This document shows, piece after piece, positions 17,573-20,229 of a stretch of DNA of 20,229 nt. Location of the stretch: IMG/VR virus record IMGVR_UViG_2609459769_000010, one strand, 5' to 3'. The translations under genes were made by a program, and so were the position numbers. The notes under the pieces are model-generated. The model was not told the origin of the DNA. It did no database searches and saw nothing but the letters and a program-made list of their open reading frames with translations. This DNA comes from a virus (lineage: Duplodnaviria; Heunggongvirae; Uroviricota; Caudoviricetes). Numbering within the stretch: position 1 is the first letter of the stretch; the number at the start of each line of letters is the position of its first letter.

Positions 17573-17869
17573 ATGCCAGCGCCTCTGTATGGTGCGGACG
17601 ACGCACGCCGCTGTTCCGGCAATTCCGTATCGGAGGTGCTGGATAAATTCAGAAAAAACTACGACCTGATAATGTCTCTACCGCAGGAAACGAAAGAGGA
17701 AAAGGAATTTCGCTATTGTATATGGCTTGCAGAGAAAGAAGAACGCGAGCGAATTTACCAGACATCAATCCGACCATTCCGCAAAGCCACATATACCCAC
17801 TTCCCTGAATATATCGACCCGCGCCTGCGTAATTACCGCTCACGCTATGGCGCTATCAGTAATGACTGA
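17573..17869 (+). CDS. Hypothetical protein (98 aa)
   Basis: ORF with AGGAG RBS. Tightly packed in the early-left operon. Confidence 0.5.
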   Translation: MPAPLYGADDARRCSGNSVSEVLDKFRKNYDLIMSLPQETKEEKEFRYCIWLAEKEERERIYQTSIRPFRKATYTHFPEYIDPRLRNYRSRYGAISND

Positions 17870-17879
17870 GGAATTAACA

Positions 17880-18170
17880 ATGAAAACAATGAAGCTAAAC
17901 ATCGACCTCGGCAAATACGTTATTACCGGAACAAAACACGACCTGATTCTTAGTGAAAGAGGAATTATCAAAGAAGGCGAGAATGCAGGGAAAGAAACAC
18001 TAAGCCGTATCGGTTATTACAGCAAGTTTGAGCATCTGGTCAAAGAGTTATGCAACCGTGAAATCCTGTTATCTCAGGCGCAGACGCTACAGGATATTCA
18101 GCAACATATCGAGACTTTAGGTGTGTCACTTAGCATGGCTATTGACCAGTTCGTGGAGAGTAAATCATGA
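17880..18170 (+). CDS. Hypothetical protein (96 aa)
   Basis: ATG at 17880 preceded by GAGGA ([14 protein letters not shown]...). The ORF-track start at 17727 overlaps the upstream gene and lacks an RBS. Confidence 0.5.
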   Translation: MKTMKLNIDLGKYVITGTKHDLILSERGIIKEGENAGKETLSRIGYYSKFEHLVKELCNREILLSQAQTLQDIQQHIETLGVSLSMAIDQFVESKS

Positions 18171-18334
18171 GAGGACTTGCATACAATACCGGCATTCTTC
18201 CGGCAGAAATGATTATTCGCCAACGCGTAAAGCCAATGCCATCGAGAGAGGAATTGCTTAAGAGAAATTCTTTTCCGTCAGTAAATCAAAACAAATATCT
18301 GAATGCGATGTGGCGCAAAGGAGGCAAGCAGTGA
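18167..18334 (+). CDS. Small hypothetical protein (55 aa)
   Basis: ATGA overlap with the upstream stop and GTGA overlap with the downstream start (translational coupling). Below the ORF-track cutoff. Confidence 0.3.
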   Translation: MRGLAYNTGILPAEMIIRQRVKPMPSREELLKRNSFPSVNQNKYLNAMWRKGGKQ

Positions 18335-18630
18335 GTGTATATCTTATTGATAAACGTCGACGTGGGCAACAAATACCACCTGTAGGAATTCCGAATCACA
18401 CATGGTTTTGCGTACTTGATATCGATGGTATGGATGCGTTGGTTGACACTCTTCATTACTGCGATACCGCAACAGCTACTCCGGCGAAAGCAAAGAAAAT
18501 GGCTGCTCTGATAGAAAACTGGACTCCACCTGATGGTTGGTGCAATGGGAATGATCGAGATTGGCATGAAAAAATGAAGGGCTATATCTGCGATTTTTTA
18601 CGTAAATGCAACGGATTCAGGGTGATGTGA
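18331..18630 (+). CDS. Hypothetical protein (~99 aa)
   Basis: GTG start preceded by AAGGAGG at 6-nt spacing; [33 protein letters not shown]... Confidence 0.45.
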   Translation: MSVYLIDKRRRGQQIPPVGIPNHTWFCVLDIDGMDALVDTLHYCDTATATPAKAKKMAALIENWTPPDGWCNGNDRDWHEKMKGYICDFLRKCNGFRVM

Positions 18631-18631
18631 C

Positions 18632-19186
18632 ATGAGCAAAATTAACTATCAGGCACTGCGTGAGGCGGCAGAGCAGGCAATGCATGACTACTGGGGGTTT
18701 GATGCGGACCTTTTCCATGAGCTGGTAACACCATCGATTGTGCTGGCACTACTGGATGAACGGGAAAGAAACCAGCAATACATCAAACGCCGCGACCAGG
18801 AGAACGAGGATATTGCACTAACGGTTGGGAAACTGCGTGTTGAGCTGGAAGCCGCAGAGAAGCGCAACGCAAAATTACAAAGCGAGAATGCATACATCCG
18901 CAACCGGTTCAAAGAGCTGGACCTGTTAATCGGGAAAAACATTCTGGTCATGCAGGCTGCGATTATCGAATGGCAGGAAACTGGCGACGCTAAAAGCGGA
19001 CTGGCATGGATTTATAACACACTGTTTGGTCCTGGCGAATTGCCGGACGAATCTGAGAAAGATGCTCAGGCCTACTTTAATCGCAAATATGCACCGATTG
19101 ACGAAAAGCTTATGGCGCTTCACAAGTGGTTTTGGGAACAAAGTGAAGCCGAGCTCGCCGCTGGCATTCGCATCAAAGGAGAGTGA
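18632..19186 (+). CDS. Ea22-like early protein (coiled-coil)
   Basis: 184-aa ORF packed against its neighbours. Central coiled-coil (KLRVELEAAEKRNAKLQSENAYIRNRFKELD). Position and architecture resemble lambdoid ead/Ea22 proteins; assignment from recollection only. Confidence 0.4.
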   Translation: MSKINYQALREAAEQAMHDYWGFDADLFHELVTPSIVLALLDERERNQQYIKRRDQENEDIALTVGKLRVELEAAEKRNAKLQSENAYIRNRFKELDLLIGKNILVMQAAIIEWQETGDAKSGLAWIYNTLFGPGELPDESEKDAQAYFNRKYAPIDEKLMALHKWFWEQSEAELAAGIRIKGE

Positions 19187-19187
19187 T

Positions 19188-19739
19188 ATGAGCGCTATAA
19201 CCGATAAGAAACAGTATCCAGGCGAGCAATATCTTAATGAGCTAATCACCAACATAGAGTTTGCTGCAAGGGCTCCAGTTGAAGTCGTGAGAGCGATGGC
19301 AGCAGAGCTACAGAAGCGGCGCGAAGCTGATAGTGCAGAACCTGTAAGCCAAACTTACAAGTTGCCTCCCCTGTCATCCAACGAAGTAAACGACGCGGCA
19401 TGGAAATTACACAACATGCTGACTGAACACGGCCCGCTAAATGGGCGTCAGTTCAACAATCTGAAAGGTTGCTTCTATGAGGCATTAAAGGTCGCAATGC
19501 GCAACTATCCGGTAACTCCGGATGGTTGGATAAGCTGTAGTGAGCGAATGCCGGATACCAAAACAGCCGTTCTTGTTGCCGTGGAGTTTGACAGGAAAGG
19601 TGACTGGCGAATGAAATGGGCGACTTACATCCCGGGGCATCCTGACGCTAATGATGGGTGGATAATTCCTGGTGCGTCGTGGAAACCGTCACACTGGATG
19701 CCGCTACCAGAACCGCCGCAGGAGGTTAACCGTGGCTAA
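19188..19739 (+). CDS. DUF551-domain phage early protein
   Basis: 183 aa. C-terminal W.SCSERMPD...VLVAV...GW...HWMPLPEPP resembles the DUF551 signature common in lambdoid b-region proteins. Confidence 0.45.
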   Translation: MSAITDKKQYPGEQYLNELITNIEFAARAPVEVVRAMAAELQKRREADSAEPVSQTYKLPPLSSNEVNDAAWKLHNMLTEHGPLNGRQFNNLKGCFYEALKVAMRNYPVTPDGWISCSERMPDTKTAVLVAVEFDRKGDWRMKWATYIPGHPDANDGWIIPGASWKPSHWMPLPEPPQEVNRG

Positions 19740-19771
19740 CCTGCAACTTGCCGTCAAAGGTGAATAACAAT

Positions 19772-19826
19772 CCTCGCATTCGCGGGGATTTCTTTTATCT
19801 GAACTCGCTACGGCGAGTTTTATTTT
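19772..19826 (+). terminator. Tandem Rho-independent terminators
   Basis: CCTCGC-ATTC-GCGGGG + ATTTCTTTTAT, then CTCGC-TACG-GCGAG + TTTTATTTT. Confidence 0.5.
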
Positions 19827-19839
19827 ATGGAGATGATAA

Positions 19840-20007
19840 ATGCACTTCCGAGTCACAGGTGAATGGAATGGAGAACCATTCAACAGAGTTATCGAAGCAG
19901 AGGACATCAACGACTGCTATGACCACTGGATGCTATGGGCGCAGATAGCACATGCAGACGTAACCAATATTCGAATTGAAGAACTGAAAGAACACCAAGC
20001 CGCCTGA
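19840..20007 (+). CDS. Small hypothetical protein (55 aa), terminator-flanked
   Basis: GGAG RBS + ATG; MHFRVTGEWNGEPFNRVIEAEDINDCYDHWMLWAQIAHADVTNIRIEELKEHQAA. Preferred over the overlapping ORF-track call 19748..19948, which has no RBS. Confidence 0.35.
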   Translation: MHFRVTGEWNGEPFNRVIEAEDINDCYDHWMLWAQIAHADVTNIRIEELKEHQAA

Positions 20008-20025
20008 TGGCGGTTTCTTTTTTCC
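20000..20025 (+). terminator. Rho-independent terminator
   Basis: CCGCC-TGAT-GGCGG followed by TTTCTTTTTT. Confidence 0.55.
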
Positions 20026-20037
20026 TGGAGAATTAAG

Positions 20038-20229
20038 ATGACCGATACCAGCCTGATTCCTGAGAAAGAAGTGATGAACAAGCTCGGTGTTTCATCACGT
20101 CAGACAATCTGGAACTATACCAAACGGCACGGATTTCCGAAGCCAGTCAGAACCCACCCCAAATCATACCTTCGTGAAGCTGTTGAAGGGTGGATTCTTA
20201 ACGGTGGCGTTAATCAGAAATGCTCCTGA
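20038..20229 (+). CDS. xis: AlpA-family excisionase/transcriptional regulator (Xis)
   Basis: 63-aa ORF with GGAG RBS, ending exactly at the window end. Winged-helix AlpA-like sequence (...KEVMNKLGVSSRQTIWNYTKRHGFPKPV...). Last gene before the expected integrase. Confidence 0.6.
   Translation: MTDTSLIPEKEVMNKLGVSSRQTIWNYTKRHGFPKPVRTHPKSYLREAVEGWILNGGVNQKCS

Noticed and set aside
19748-19948. 66-aa ORF-track call overlapping the tandem terminators
   Set aside because: No RBS and it spans two terminator hairpins. The out-of-frame 19840..20007 ORF with GGAG RBS is preferred.
1-20229. CRISPR arrays, tRNA/rRNA genes, IS elements
   Set aside because: No short regularly spaced direct repeats, no tRNA-like cloverleaf candidates and no transposase-like ORFs or terminal inverted repeats were seen by eye; the att site and any tRNA integration target lie outside the window.

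Overview
This window is a mosaic lambdoid prophage from an enterobacterial (E. coli/Shigella-like) genome, running from its O-antigen conversion end to the excisionase next to the integrase end. From left to right it holds gtrB plus a 591-aa GtrC-type membrane glycosyltransferase (+ strand), then a convergent P22-type virion block on the - strand: tailspike, ejection proteins gp16/gp20/gp7-like, gp14-like, tail needle and a gp10-like gene. That block is followed directly by a lambda-type immunity region (cII, nutR, cro, pR/oR, cI, pL/oL, nutL, N) and a pL-driven early-left operon (cIII, kil, Rad52-type annealing protein, SSB, HNH protein, Ea22/DUF551-like proteins, AlpA-type Xis). The most striking point is what is missing: no replication, Q, lysis, terminase, portal, scaffold or coat genes lie between cII and the gp10-like gene, so the element looks like a deleted, possibly domesticated prophage. 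Other points of interest are a tailspike carrying an SGNH (GDSL) esterase domain, a cI repressor that joins a lambda-like C-terminal domain to a different DNA-binding domain, and an AT-rich cargo cassette just downstream of N. All calls rest on reading the translations and the DNA by eye; no database search was run.
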